Of a stretch of 64,000 nt of DNA, positions 26,501 through 39,245 are shown piece by piece. Position numbers and translations under genes: made by a program. The first letter of the stretch is position 1; the number at the start of each line of letters is the position of its first letter. Below the pieces are notes generated by a model, which searched no databases, was not told the DNA's origin, and saw only the letters and a list, made by a program, of their open reading frames with translations. Source of the stretch: Balanoglossus misakiensis (taxonomy: Eukaryota > Animalia > Hemichordata); contig CM082581.2 in assembly GCA_040954595.2 (NCBI GenBank), positions 11,592,286 to 11,656,285 on the forward strand, read 5' to 3'.

Positions 26501-28604
26501 ATCTTTCGCATTTGTTTGTGATCAAGTCATACAAAACTACAGCTTTCACCATCAATACTCAAATGATATCTGATCCATTCACTGATGCTGCACAACTGAT
26601 AACAGCAGATAAAGTACAGAACTTTTAGGGACTTACCTTCCCATCAGCTCCTCCTGATATGAATTTTTCACCATTTGGAGAGAACCTCACACAGTTTACG
26701 AAACGACCATGGTCCTATCAAAGTAACCAGAACAGCTATATTCGAAGTTTCATGAACACCACAGCAGAAGTACATTTGACGTTAGTAATTATCGGGAATT
26801 ATCTAGTCAGACGAGACAACAAAATCAATGGTCTTTTAGTTCTCGTATCTGCGTAATTTTTTCACACAGAGCAGACGGTGATGAAATTTAGAAGGTAGTT
26901 TCTGCATGGGTTAATTAGTAGTCAAGCTAACGATCTTTGCAATCATACAGTGGGAAAATATTCTACCGGTACATGAGAAAAGATTTGATTACCCGCTCAG
27001 ACAACTTGAACTTGAATGGTGGTCCCTCGTAGAAATTAACTTCATGGTCATCAGCAGCTGTGGCAATGCGAAATGGTCGTGTCGCCTTGAAGGAGACAGA
27101 ATTGATGGTTTTGCTGTGGCCAAGAAGGGTACCAACAGAGGTGCCAGTGTCCCACATAATCACAGCTGCAAATCTACAGACCAAAATAACAACAAATCAT
27201 TTTGTCAGACGTCCCATTATGACAATGTCTGAATCATTATGCAAGTTAGCATACATAATGGAGCTAAAAATTCAACAGACCAAACAAAACCTAATTATGC
27301 AGTATAAGTTATTGACTTTCTAGCAAGTTATGAATCAGGTCAGTCTCACCTTCTTTAGTAGAATGCTTTTAATCTTCACAATTGGAAAATGATCAATGAG
27401 AAGGCCCCTTAACTCTATAGATAACTTACGCTTCTCTTCCATCTCCAACCACAGCAATTCTCTTGCTGTCAGGTGACCAGGCTATGTCTCGGATTTCACC
27501 CCCCAATGGCTGGTACTCGTATTTCAGAATGTGCTCCTTCTGTGTTGTATCCCAAATGCGAACCTTACCAGATATATCTAATACAAAGATCACAGAAATA
27601 CACACGTTTCCATCAAGTTATCATTCTGAAAGGGTGCTGCTCATAGTTGGAAAATAAGCATAAATGAGCAACATCTGTGCCATTGTAACGACTCTTACCT
27701 CCAGATGCAATGTAGAAACCGCTGGGTGCATACTGTGCAACAGTCACGTCTTTAGAATGTTCTGTATACACATCTGAGATCTCTGGATTCTGTCAATTAA
27801 AATATTAACAACACATTGAACCATTCCTGACTCAGTCACTTAAGGTTTAAATTCACTGAAAACAAAGTTCAAACATTTGATCATAGATTACTAATTAAAC
27901 TTACCTCAATATCTCTTATGATCACACTATTGCCATAGGCATACAAGAAGTTTTTGCCCTTGGGGTCTCCACCAAGTACGATGGCCCTACCACGTGTAGT
28001 GCGCGGTAATGTAGCAAAGATACTTTCTGGAAAGAAAATCATAAAAGTTGTAGGAGGAAATTAAAAGACTGAATACTAATATGTAGATTAACAATTGACT
28101 GTTCAGCATAACAAAATGATATGATATTATTGCCAACGTCGATTAAAACGCTGGGCAATATACTAAGTATTATTATTATCACTGTCTAGCTAGTGCATTG
28201 GTGAGTAACCGGCCTTAGGAAACACGCCCTCTTCGAGAGCAACTAACAAAACGCGGAAGTGAATGAGAAACAGACCACACAGTGTGTGACACTGACTTCC
28301 CCTGCATACAGACAATTAAACAACTCGCCAATCGAGTCAGATGACCTGTGGATTTGTAATACACTATTAACTCGCTATTGTAAACATATGTGAGCACGTA
28401 CCATAATCAAAACTTTATATAAACAACATCCACACCCACCCTGGGCCCAGCATAAATTAGTGTACATACACGATCAACTGGATGTATGCACAGGCGAGGG
28501 AGGAAGTTGTGATTAAACCAACAAATCGCGGCTTAGTTTCTGAACAGATAAGCCTGCGTTTGAAGACTCATATCTAGGTACTTACTCAGTTCGAAATTCG
28601 ACAT
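23551..28604 (-). CDS. WDR1: WD repeat protein 1 / actin-interacting protein 1, about 16 coding exons
   Basis: Starts MSNFEL at 28604. Motifs [56 protein letters not shown], and C-terminal [15 protein letters not shown] with stop at 23551-23553. Confidence 0.95.
25172..25436 (-). other. U12-type (minor spliceosome) AT-AC intron in WDR1
   Basis: Minus strand: 5' site ATATCCTTT at 25436, branch point TCCTTAAC at 25191-25184, 3' site AC at 25173-25172. Splicing restores DGLI-N-YWNPKSG. Confidence 0.93.
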
Positions 28605-28705
28605 CGTCGCACCTAAGGGAGAGTAGCGATCACAGCTATTAACTTCAGAAGTCTGCCTGGTCCGCTTTGCACATCGACCTGATCGACCTGCTTGGTATTA
28701 CAGAA

Positions 28706-28747
28706 TACGCATGCGTAGCAACTAACATGACTAACTCCCATATTTGG
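28706..28747. promoter_or_regulatory. WDR1 proximal promoter: CArG (SRF) box and NRF1-like palindrome
   Basis: CCATATTTGG at 28738-28747 fits CC(A/T)6GG. TACGCATGCGTA at 28706-28717. Both lie 100-145 bp upstream of the WDR1 ATG. Confidence 0.55.
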
Positions 28748-29251
28748 TAATGATCACCATGATGATGGCGAACGCCAAAAAAGGAGTTACGCTAGGTTTT
28801 TGGTGAATCAGTCATCCTAACTTTATCAAGTGTAAACAAAATCAAACCATTGTGATCTAGATAAAAAAAACAAAGTCAAATTAACTGTGCTATAGTGCAA
28901 AGACTGTTTTCTTATGCTGTCTTATTGCAATATGGAAAATATTTCAGGTGTTCCGGAGCATAAAGTGGTGTATAAAGGTGATATTTTACAGGTGACTGGT
29001 GAGTTACTGTCAAAAAATAGCGATTAGGCCTACATATTCTCTTTCTAAAATAAAACCTCAGTTCATGTCGAAGATCTGATGTTGTTTTTCTCGAGCAGTT
29101 GCGCTTTTTCATCGGTTAAAATTGAGTAACACTTGTTCTGTTGGTTGCATGCCGCATGACTTTTTAAATCTTTAAAATTTCTATGCACCAACTTCAGTTT
29201 CTTGCCTACACCATATCATCACGAAATAACCACATATGCATGTTATCGGAA

Positions 29252-29382
29252 CCCGCCCCGTCTTGTTTTCATTTGTTTGATAACTGGAAGCTGATTTCGA
29301 CCAAGAACAAAACTTTTTTTCTGCTTTTTGGAATGACATCTTATTCATTGGTCATGTGATTTGAGATCTGTGCTATGATTGG
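29252..29382 (+). promoter_or_regulatory. Putative cyclin J promoter: GC box, two inverted CCAAT boxes 31 bp apart, and an E-box
   Basis: CCCGCCCC near 29252, ATTGG at 29347 and 29378, TCATGTGA at 29352. Confidence 0.4.
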
Positions 29383-30204
29383 TTAAAAGTGAAGGTAAGT
29401 TTTCCATCCACGGGCTAGCCAGTCCCCGACCCCCTGGCTTACACTTCTTGAGCATGTGAAGTGATTGTGGTCAGTGAAATTGTCCGCACAAGTCACTTCT
29501 GGTGTTGATGCGGTGTGACGCGTTGTCCAATTCTAGTCCCCCATCTCTGTAACAACATAAACTTAGCGAATGTGGGCGTGAATTGTGCCAGCGAGTTCTC
29601 CGCACAAGGCCAGTTCAGCCCAACAGCAGACGGTATCTACATTCGTGGACTTGTGTGTTGTTCATCTCTCACCGCGTACCAGCCAGTTCAAGAGATGTGC
29701 TTGTCTTTCTGTGGAAGCTTGAACGTGCCATGAAGATCGCTTGATGATGAAGGTATGTTGTATCGTTCTGTCTGCTTGTCGTTTAACCCTTCGTGTCGTT
29801 GTCATTTAGCCAATAACGATGCCAATATCGTAGTATCCAAGGAGGTTGGTTTCGGAAATGTACAACAGAGCGAGGTATTTGTCCATTTTTGCCGGTTCAC
29901 CATGTTTCATTACTCGCGAGCAAGCTGCAGTTGACCGAAGCATGCACATTTAGCAAACACCTGTACAAAGTGTATTCCCATGATACGTGAGTGCAGATGA
30001 TAATATTGTCATCTCAATTTCAGGATTGGCATTTGAATTTAATTTAAAAGGCAGTTTGGTGCACTTGATGTTTGTCAAATAAAACCATTTTGTTCTTTTC
30101 ATTAACCTGACAGATGTGGTCCAGAGTTGTGAATTTGGAATGAGGGATTCAGGTCTTCCTAAACAAAACATTACCAGTAATACCACATCATCATTCCGTT
30201 GATA

Positions 30205-31985
30205 ATGGAAGTGGTGGATGAATGGTGGAAGACTTCAATGGCCAAAGATGTCCATAATAGTTTACGGGAAAAGGAGGAACAACGAACAGAATACAATGCC
30301 CAGTCTCCACAGATCGGCCTTCGTCGGTATCTTGTGGATTGGCTGGCCATCATATCGGATCCAACCAACCTGCATCTTTGCACGACTGCGTTACATTTAG
30401 CTGTAACTTTACTGGATCGTTTCATGGATAAATTCGATGTGGAAGAAAGCCAACTACATCTGGTGGCTTTGTCATGCTTGTTAGTTGCAGGTTTGTAAAA
30501 CTGAAGTCATATTGAGACTATAATGATATTGTCTGCTGGTTTGTTCTAAAAATAAGTTCACCTGATCCAGCTTAGACAATTTTGAATGCTACAGTATACA
30601 GCTGTGAAAACTGTATAATGGTACAGTGTAGCAATAAGCTTTCATACATATTCACTGCTGTTTAGCATAACAATAGTGAAGACAACCAAGTATTGGCAAA
30701 ACTTTTTGGCAACTCCCATCATCTTTTTCACCATTTCATTTCAGCAAAATTTGAAGAACGGGACATCAAGATACCAGAAATTAGTCGACTCAATAAGTAC
30801 GTCGATTATTCATACAAGTGGCAGGATTTCTTACAGATGGAGTTATTGTTACTTGACTTTTTTTCATGGAATGTTTGTATTCCAACATCGGCCCATTTCT
30901 TGGAATATTACATTCAAGAATCAATCGGTGAAAATGATTTGCATGCTGGAAGAAAGCTGGAAAATCCATGGAAAGCAAAACTTTATATGGAAAAATATTC
31001 TCACTACTTCCTGGACATTTCCTTACAAGGTAACCCAATTTTTTTCTCTAAAGAAGTTCTTGTTGACAAAGATTTACAGATTGTGTGCGATGTACAATTG
31101 CTGAGTCCATGCGATTGGAGCTATTACTTCACCATGCCTGAACTGATTTCATGTAAAGATGAGAATGTTTCAAAATATGATCCAACGTGACTGCCTCGTG
31201 ATTGAAAATTGGTTCTTGTCATGCAAATAAGTTCGTATGTGCATGTATAACACAGCAGACAAACCAATCTATAATTTTCTTTTATATTTTACACACAGAT
31301 CATTTGTTTGTGTTTTTCACTCCATCACTGGTGGCAGCATCATGTGTTGCATCTGCGAGGATTTGTCTGCAGCTTTCGCCAAGTTGGACAAAAACTTTGA
31401 TCAAATTTACAAAATACAAGTGGCATCAAATAGCACCTTGCATTGAAATAATGTTACAGTAAGTAGTTGCCCTGTCATGGACATTTTCATGAGAGAGTTA
31501 GGGGAGCTGATGTTTATTGTTCAGCTGAAAGTTCTGATTGGCTACACAGATACAAAAGATGTTGATTTAATGTCTTCACTTCCTTTACACCTGTCTAACA
31601 TAATTACATGTACATCAGAATTCCAGCCAAGTCAGGAAATCCACTGATGAGCATGGACTTTGTATCAGGCTGAATATTGTTATTTGTTTGCATTTGGTCA
31701 GGTTGTTGGTGATTTATATTCATTCATCCTTGTGAAGTGTGCCATATTAATGTAATTAAATACCCTCAACACACTTTCACAATTTTTGTATGTACTAAAT
31801 CATATCTTTTATTGCCACTGTCCTTATAATGAACCGTTGTGACTTGTGTAAATATTTCAAAAAGCTACTTTTCTTGATTTCACAGGGCACATGATGCAGA
31901 CGAGAAAGCATGTAACCGAAAATCCTCAGTTACACCAACTCACAGTGGCTTTAACAGAGGGTATGCCATGCCAAGAACAACCTGA
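30205..31985 (+). CDS. CCNJ: Cyclin J; exons 30205-30490, 30745-31029, 31299-31458, 31886-31985
   Basis: WWKTSMAKDVHNSLREKE..QSPQIGLRRYLVDWLAII..ALHLAVTLLDRFMD..LLVAAKFEE..FLQMELLLLDFFSWNVCIPTSAHFLEYY..FLDISLQDH, the cyclin J cyclin-box pattern. Junctions are in frame. Confidence 0.92.
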
Positions 31986-33262
31986 ATATTTCAGCAGAAT
32001 TTGGTGAACATTCTATGGCTTATGAGCATCCTCCGTGAGATTTCTTTTAATTTACTGATGCCCTTTTTTTTTCAGTACAGCAGAAATATTTGATAAGAAA
32101 TATACGAGAAAAATATAAGAAATTGCTATAGAAGTATGGGGTCATAATCTGTACCTTCCTGTAGTTATAGTGTTGTATCTGTTAGAGCTTTACAAATCTA
32201 TAGTGCAAAAAATGCATAAGTCAGAGTATGCATAAAAGAGGAAGCTTAGAGATGTTTTTGTTTTGTTTTGCAGAAGACTAATATGTAAATTCCAAAAAAG
32301 TGCTACATATACGCGAACCAATTAGAGTATGCTGTATGCAGACAAAAGTGCAATTTACAGCCATATATTTTTTTCCCCCTTAAGAAAAGCAGAAATCAGT
32401 GCACATATACTTTAATTTATTTGTAGTAGCATAGACAAAAAAAAAAGATATGTGTTTTATGAGCTTGATTTTTTTTTGGTCTTCCTTTTTTCTATTGAAA
32501 CAATCTAGTGGGAACCATTTCGTGACTACTAACTGTGTCATAAGCCTTTCACATCTATGCAACAGTAAAGTGTGAAAATTTGTTAAAAGTTTCATTCAAC
32601 CTGTTTCGACAAAGCTGAGTTTTATTACTATAAATTCAGAGGAAGAATTTATAAAAGAAGGAAAGGTTTTTGCCAGGGTTTTAAAGATGTAAGGCATCAT
32701 GAACATGTAAAGATTTTCTTTTTCAATACAGCATGAACATTTTTTTCAGATTATATATTTGACAGTTGAAGTAAGCCAAGTACATGTACCCATATAACAG
32801 TGGACTTACTGTAGGACTATTCAAGTGAAAAAGAGGGTGACTGATTATATCATTTTTATTTTTGCCTTTTCTTTTGCTTTCAGAATACTTTTCAAATTAC
32901 ACTTTCCAACAGTTTGGTAGTATGTAATTGTGTTATGTTAGATTGTTATCTATAAATGTAGGGGATTATAATTTATTTTGCTATGGCAGAACAGGAAGAT
33001 TTATTGACTTGGCAAAGTTCAGTAATGTGAAAACTGTGTTGATCAATAAACAGCAACACATTGTATAGTGTCATTGTCAGATTCACTTGTGTGTTATGAT
33101 ATTGTGGATTGACTAGACTTCATCAGCAGTCTTTGCATCACATGTGTCAGAACCATGCCATGGAAACATACAAGACAGGCAGATGTTGACATGACACTCT
33201 GCTGGATATGAAATCACTTGTCAGTCACAGGGTTTTCTTGAAGTCCCGACATCTAACAAACA

Positions 33263-33505
33263 CTAGAATTCTGGCAGACCTTGCTGTGTCGGTTCCATCA
33301 TCAGCGCTTGTTCCTGCTGTGCCATTAGTTCCTGTTGTTTGACCGTTTCTTGAGCCTCTTTCTGCATTCTCTCCATTTTCTCCAGTGTCACTGATTTCAA
33401 AGGCATAAGTTTGGGTTTACATAAAATAGTGGTAGGGATGTCCTCTTGGTATAGCATTCCTTGTTTTGGCAGAATTTCCCGAAAGGTTCCCTTGTTTTCT
33501 GGCAT
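33263..33505 (-). CDS. BBIP1: BBSome-interacting protein 1 (BBIP10/BBS18), 80 aa
   Basis: FREILPKQGMLYQED..ILCKPKLMPLKSVTLEKMERMQKEAQ matches the family signature. Acceptor at ~33523 and an upstream non-coding exon donor at ~33874. Confidence 0.9.
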   Translation of the reverse strand: MPENKGTFREILPKQGMLYQEDIPTTILCKPKLMPLKSVTLEKMERMQKEAQETVKQQELMAQQEQALMMEPTQQGLPEF

Positions 33506-34251
33506 TTTTTCAGTTGTTGGAATCTGTAATGTACAATACGCATGATAAGGACAAAGGTTGTCAATTTCATACCATTCACTTCCGGGTACGACATGTTGTG
33601 TTTATGAAGCCATATCTGCGTTGCTATCAGCAACCGAAAATTGTAAACAACATTGGAGCGACGCCAGATGTTATCAAGACAGCGAAGAATGCGTAGTATC
33701 ATGTACATTGATTATTTTTTTTAGTACATTACAAGAGACGTTGCAATTTATACGAGTCGGTCAAATGAAAATATCGGATCATTTATGATTCATAAAGTCA
33801 CGATCAGCAGCACTTGATCGTCTGTGATTTTACAGTATATTTTTACGATAGCGTATATACTGCAGCTTACTTACATTTGAGTGTACCGGTGGCAATGTTT
33901 CCTCTCCACGCGATGCAATAATAAACACACAGCGAATGCAAATAACAACCGAGTGAGAGAAGGGACTGGCGTCCAAATGAAGAATTTGTTGAGTTCTCGT
34001 GTTTTCCGAGAATCTCGTAAGAAATCAATGGCGGGGGATTTCAACGTGTGTACGTCGAAGAAACGGGAAGACCAGTCGAATTATATGTAAACAGTAAGTG
34101 TTTTGACTGAAGAGTGTGGTCATTGTCTTATATATCGTGATAGCGCGAGAGTTTTGCTCACAGGCATCTTATATGTTATTATGGGTTGAATCAGGCTACC
34201 TGGCAGTGTGATTCCGATGCCTTGGCCTTTTTACCGGAAGACTGAGTACTC

Positions 34252-34397
34252 TGATGATGATGATGATGATGACGAGGAGGAGGAGGAGGGTGGTGGTGAT
34301 CACAGTGATGGTGGTGATGATGATGATGAGGAGGAGGAGGGTGGTGGTGGTGGTCACAGTGGTGGTGGTGGTGATGATGATGATGATGATGATGATA

Positions 34398-34425
<28 letters not shown>
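34252..34425. repeat. Compound (GAT)n/(GGT)n/(GAG)n triplet repeat just upstream of the FIGNL1 start
   Basis: Directly visible. Includes a duplicated block gatgatgat..gaggaggaggagggtggtggtg.tcacagtg. A smaller (GAT)n run lies at ~36755-36810. Confidence 0.9.
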
Positions 34426-34428
<3 letters not shown>

Positions 34429-34468
34429 AAGTGATGCATTGTTTTTCATTTTTGCAAACCATTAAGAA

Positions 34469-37400
34469 ATGGCCAGCAAAGAAGATCACAGTTTATTAAA
34501 CCAGTGGCAAAGACACCAATTTGTTTTGAAATCAGAAGACAGCACGGCATATCAGAAAGCAGATGCCATTCGCAGTATTTTATCACAAGTTGAGTATGCA
34601 CAGGCTACAAACAGGTAGGTCATTTTCCACCAATGGATGGCAAGGTTCATGCAGTGACACTGAAAAGTAACAACAGTACAAATTTACCTGGTATTTGGTT
34701 CAACATTTGCCATTTGACATGTGGGCCACTCTAAAATGTCAGTCTTTGCTGTGGATTTTATTTTCAGGTTGCCAGACAGCAGTGTGAGTGCTGCTTTGAA
34801 GAAGCAATATTTGGATCAGTATGCCAGCATTGTGGACAATTCTGATCCATTGACAGGTATCTTGTAAATGAACTTTGAAAGATTTTGCCAGTAAAAATTC
34901 CTTTTGTGTGATACAGTATTCCTCATCTTTATTATAAATTTGTTAATAGTAACTTGTTTTCTTTTTCCAAAGGTGTGAACAATTATTCAGAGGCAGCTTT
35001 ATCCCTCAATAAACCAAATGGTAAGGAAGGCATTGTCAAAAGTTACAGTCTTTGATCATGTCTCAAGTATAGTCGTTTTGTTTGAATTGGATATCAAACT
35101 GAAAAATCATCCTCACAAATTATGCACAACTTGTATTTCAGCCATGTCATCATGGAAGTCAACACTCACAAAGGACAGTATCAGGAATCTGGCGTGTGTT
35201 CAGAAACTGGTCCAGGTTTCCAAGGTAACCATAGCAGTGATAAATTTAGATGGAAATGTGTTTCTAGTATAAGCAACATAGCACAGGATATTTGGTGGAC
35301 CTGACAGTTCAGAACAAATCCTGACTAGTCAGAAGGTTCTGGTTTTTCATCTTAAAATTACTATTTTCAACTAGAATATATTATCAGATATTTCATATCT
35401 ACTTTATTTTTTTCCCTTCAGGTTTGTGCCTTGGAGGACCAAAGCAAATTTGGAGATGAAATTATCATTAGCAGTTCAGCAGCAAGCAAACCTTTAGCTC
35501 CTAGAAACCAGACTATGAAACCCCCAAGTAAAAGCCTACCACAAGCGGCTAACCCAGACACCACCAGGCCTCTGTTTAAACAGACAAGATCCATACCTGA
35601 TGATTCAAAAATCAATTACAACAAACCTAATCACAATCCTAACCAGACAAGACCAGCAGCTGGTAATGTGTTTTACCAACAGACAGGGTCGGTAGGGACA
35701 GCTCAAGACAGAAACAGACACAGATTGACCAATCAGTGTGATTCTGGGTTCAGCAGGAATTGGAATCCTGAACCAGAATCAAAAGCACACCTGAAAGAGA
35801 CATCCCAGGAAGGCTTGTCTGGTTCATATGGTGCGCCCCAGGGAAATGTACACAGTGCTTTCAAGAGAAAGGCTAATTTCACCAATACTGGTAGGAACAG
35901 TAGTTCTTGATTTTATGTTTTAATTTTTGTATACTGTAGGAATGTGAGAATAGAAAAAGACTTTACTAAGTTCAGAATGTAAGTTAGTCTTTGGGCTATT
36001 TGTCAAGGTACAGAGCTTCACGATAAGGTTTTTGCAATAAATTCATTCTATATCTACAGCCTGTTAAGAAAAATATGACAAAGTTTGACCTTGTTGCAAT
36101 TTTGTAGGCAGTGAAGGTGATGGTTTTAGGCAGGAGAGTAGTGGCCGGAATGTCTACTATGGAAAACAGATTGATGGCTCAAATTATGAAGACAACGATG
36201 ATGACGTGCAACAACCTCCCCCACCATCATCTTTCAAGACAGCCAGAGAACAACTGGTGAGATCCATCATCTTAGAAGCCTGGCAAATTTTCAACAGCAT
36301 TAGTGCAATCTGGCAGTATATAAAATCTTTGTTTAAATATGTACAATACATATACATGTACTACCAAAGATACTCTTATAGGTTGTTTCAAAGATTTGAA
36401 ATGGTCACCACATCAGATTGTCTTTTCCATGTTACACTTTTTCTACCATGGTCATTTTGCATTTCATTTGACAGAATCTGAACAATCAGAAGAAATTTGG
36501 GAACAGGCGAAACACACAAGCTGTGTCGTCATATGGTGGTGTTAAGAAGTCGTTAGGAACAACCAGGTAATATTGTGGCAGAGTTACTGAACAAAACCCA
36601 AATTGATGGACAGTAAAATATGGATGCAAAGAAAATTTTCAAAATAACACTTCATTTTCTATTTGCAGGAGGGGAATCAACAGCAAGTTTGTACCCCCAG
36701 TGTTAAACAGAGATGGTGATGATGAAAGGTTAGTTTATTAGAGATTGTTTACCTGATGATGATGACGACCATGGAGATCATATTGATGATGATGATGATG
36801 ATGATGATGAACGTCAAATCTGATCACTGTGAACTGTGTACTTTCATGTCTTGATTATGTCAAATTCATATGCAGGCCCACCTCTCGATCAAGAAATTCA
36901 AACAATCAGGATGAATCTGATGAAGTTGTTGATGAAAGGTTGAAAAATATTGATCCCAAGATGATTGAGCTGATCAGCAATGAGGTATGTGACTTCTGAA
37001 ACTGCAGCTATAGTCACTGAATTCTGTCTCCATTTTCTGTATTTACATCAAGTTAATGACAATTTTGAAACAAATTGTTTTCTCTTCTTAGATTATGGAT
37101 CATGGAGCTTCTGTCTCCTGGGATGATATTGCTGGGTTGGAGTTTGCCAAGACAACAATCAAGGAGATTGTCATATGGCCTATGTTGAGACCGTAAGTGA
37201 CCACACAGTGCTCATGTAAAGCATATTACTACATCCTTTATAACCAAGCAATTTGTAATGTTTACTCAAAAAGAAATGAGGCATCAGGTTTGTTACTAGC
37301 TTCTGTGTACATAAACATTGTGTAGAAATCAGGAAACATTTGTTCAAACCCAGAATTCTCTTTGTTCTGTTCACAGTGATATTTTCAAGGGACTAAGGGG

Positions 37401-38804
37401 TCCACCAAAAGGGTTGTTGCTGTTTGGACCCCCTGGTACAGGAAAAACTCTCATTGGTAAATGCATTGCCAGTCAAGCTGGAGCCACATTTTTCAGCATC
37501 AGTGCCTCTTCCCTGACGTCGAAATGGGTAAGCCTTCACTACTGTGTCTGGTGTATTTTGTTCATGAGAAGTCCTCTGTACCTCGACCCGTGACCTTGCT
37601 TTGACTTTATTGTTTTTATTGATAAATTGGTTACGCACTTGTTGAATTTTGCAGCTTTGCATGATCTATTTGATTGACAGGTGGGTGAAGGAGAGAAGAT
37701 GGTGAGGGCGATGTTCGCCGTGGCACGATGCCATCAGCCGGCAGTTATCTTTATTGATGAAATTGATTCCTTACTGACGCAGAGAGTCGATGGGGAGCAT
37801 GAATCCTCCAGGAGAATTAAAACAGAATTCCTGGTTCAGTTGGTGAGTATAACACTCCAGAAGACATCTTTTCATTGACCCTTTTGCACTTTGACCCCTG
37901 ATGACCTATGATGTCATTAATTATTCAAACAAGTATTTTTGAGCCTACAGATGTTCTTAAAGTAGTCAGAACAACATACAACATAACATGTACTCTCTCT
38001 TCAGGATGGTGCTGGTACTGATTCTGGAGACAGGATCCTGGTTGTCGGGGCGACAAACAGACCTCAGGAGATTGATGAAGCTGCGAGGAGACGTCTTGTA
38101 AAGAGACTGTACATTCCGCTTCCGGAACTAGAAGCAAGACGCCAGATCATCCAGAACCTGCTGGCCCAACAGTCTTACAGTCTCTCTGAAGGAGAACTTA
38201 TGAAAATTTGTGAAAATACTGATGGTGAGTTTACACTGCTGTCCCAGTCTTTGGTCCCTGCCAATACGGTGTTAATTTTGGAGTTGAATCTCTGTGTGTT
38301 AAAAATAGGGATGACTATTCATAAATGAAAGATGTTTATTTTCACTGTATGGCAGGTTATTCTGGTGCTGACATGGCTAATCTGTGTCGAGAAGCTGCCC
38401 TTGGACCAATAAGATCCATCCAAGGAGGTGACATACAACATATCTCAGCTGATCAGGTAGGTCAGAGGTCATGAGTCAATCAGTCCAGCATTAGATGCGA
38501 CAAATGTACCACGCCAATTGGTGTGAAGGTCCAATTGGTATGGATGTTTGTCAGGATAAGTACAAGAGCTCACAATGGTACGATAAGTTGAACAAAGTTT
38601 CTGAAAATTCTTGGGGCATTATGTCTTATTCTGTTTATGTTTTGACAGATTTTGTGCAAATGATTGTCTTTCTCACAACAGGTGAGGCCAATTGTCTACC
38701 AGGACTTTGAAGAAGCATTGACCAATGTACGACCCAGTGTATCTCAGAAAGATCTTGATATCTACCTGGAATGGAACAAGATGTACGGCAGTGGCATGAA
38801 GTGA
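34469..38804 (+). CDS. FIGNL1: Fidgetin-like protein 1 AAA+ ATPase, about 15-16 coding exons
   Basis: FKTAREQL motif (36233), [26 protein letters not shown], Walker A GPPGTGKT (~37426), Walker [25 protein letters not shown]-terminal [22 protein letters not shown]. Confidence 0.92.
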
Positions 38805-39214
38805 AGATAGTGAATATTTATAGTCTGATTTGAAAATTTGAAATCTGTCCTTGCAATCTTATATCTAAACATTAATGAGCATGAACATGTATCAATATAT
38901 GTTTATTAAATACACAATGAACATTACAAATGTGTTCTTATTGGCTATGCCTCCATAACAACACAATCACAGAGCTTTAAGTTCCAGCACTGGTAATAAC
39001 GCCATCAATGGCACTATCAGAATTTACCAGATCCTTTGTTGGGCTTGTGAGCCTAAGTAAAAGTTGACGTGAAGCCATATTCCATTTTTTTTATAAGACA
39101 GTTACATTAATTATGCAAGTAACATCGTCGTACTTGGAAACAGGCTTACTAATTATAGACACTGACGTAATCCCAACACGTCAGAAGCCCTATTTTAATA
39201 ACGATTTATCGGAG

Positions 39215-39245
39215 CCAATCAATGACCCCGGCGGTTAAATTCAAA
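39215..39245 (+). promoter_or_regulatory. Candidate cell-cycle promoter module (CCAAT, GGCGG, inverted CHR) upstream of MKI67
   Basis: CCAAT at 39215 and GGCGGTTAAATTCAAA at 39230-39245. TTCAAA is the reverse complement of the CHR TTTGAA; TAACCG on the minus strand is Myb-site-like. Confidence 0.4.

Noticed and set aside
34191-34465. Poly-His ORF (minus) and poly-Asp/Glu/Gly ORF (plus)
   Set aside because: Translations of a triplet microsatellite. The plus ORF stops before the FIGNL1 ATG and neither has gene structure.
34856-34866. GTATCTT donor in FIGNL1 as a U12 GT-AG site
   Set aside because: It lacks the strict GTATCCTT consensus and I see no CCTTAAC branch point; treated as U2-type.
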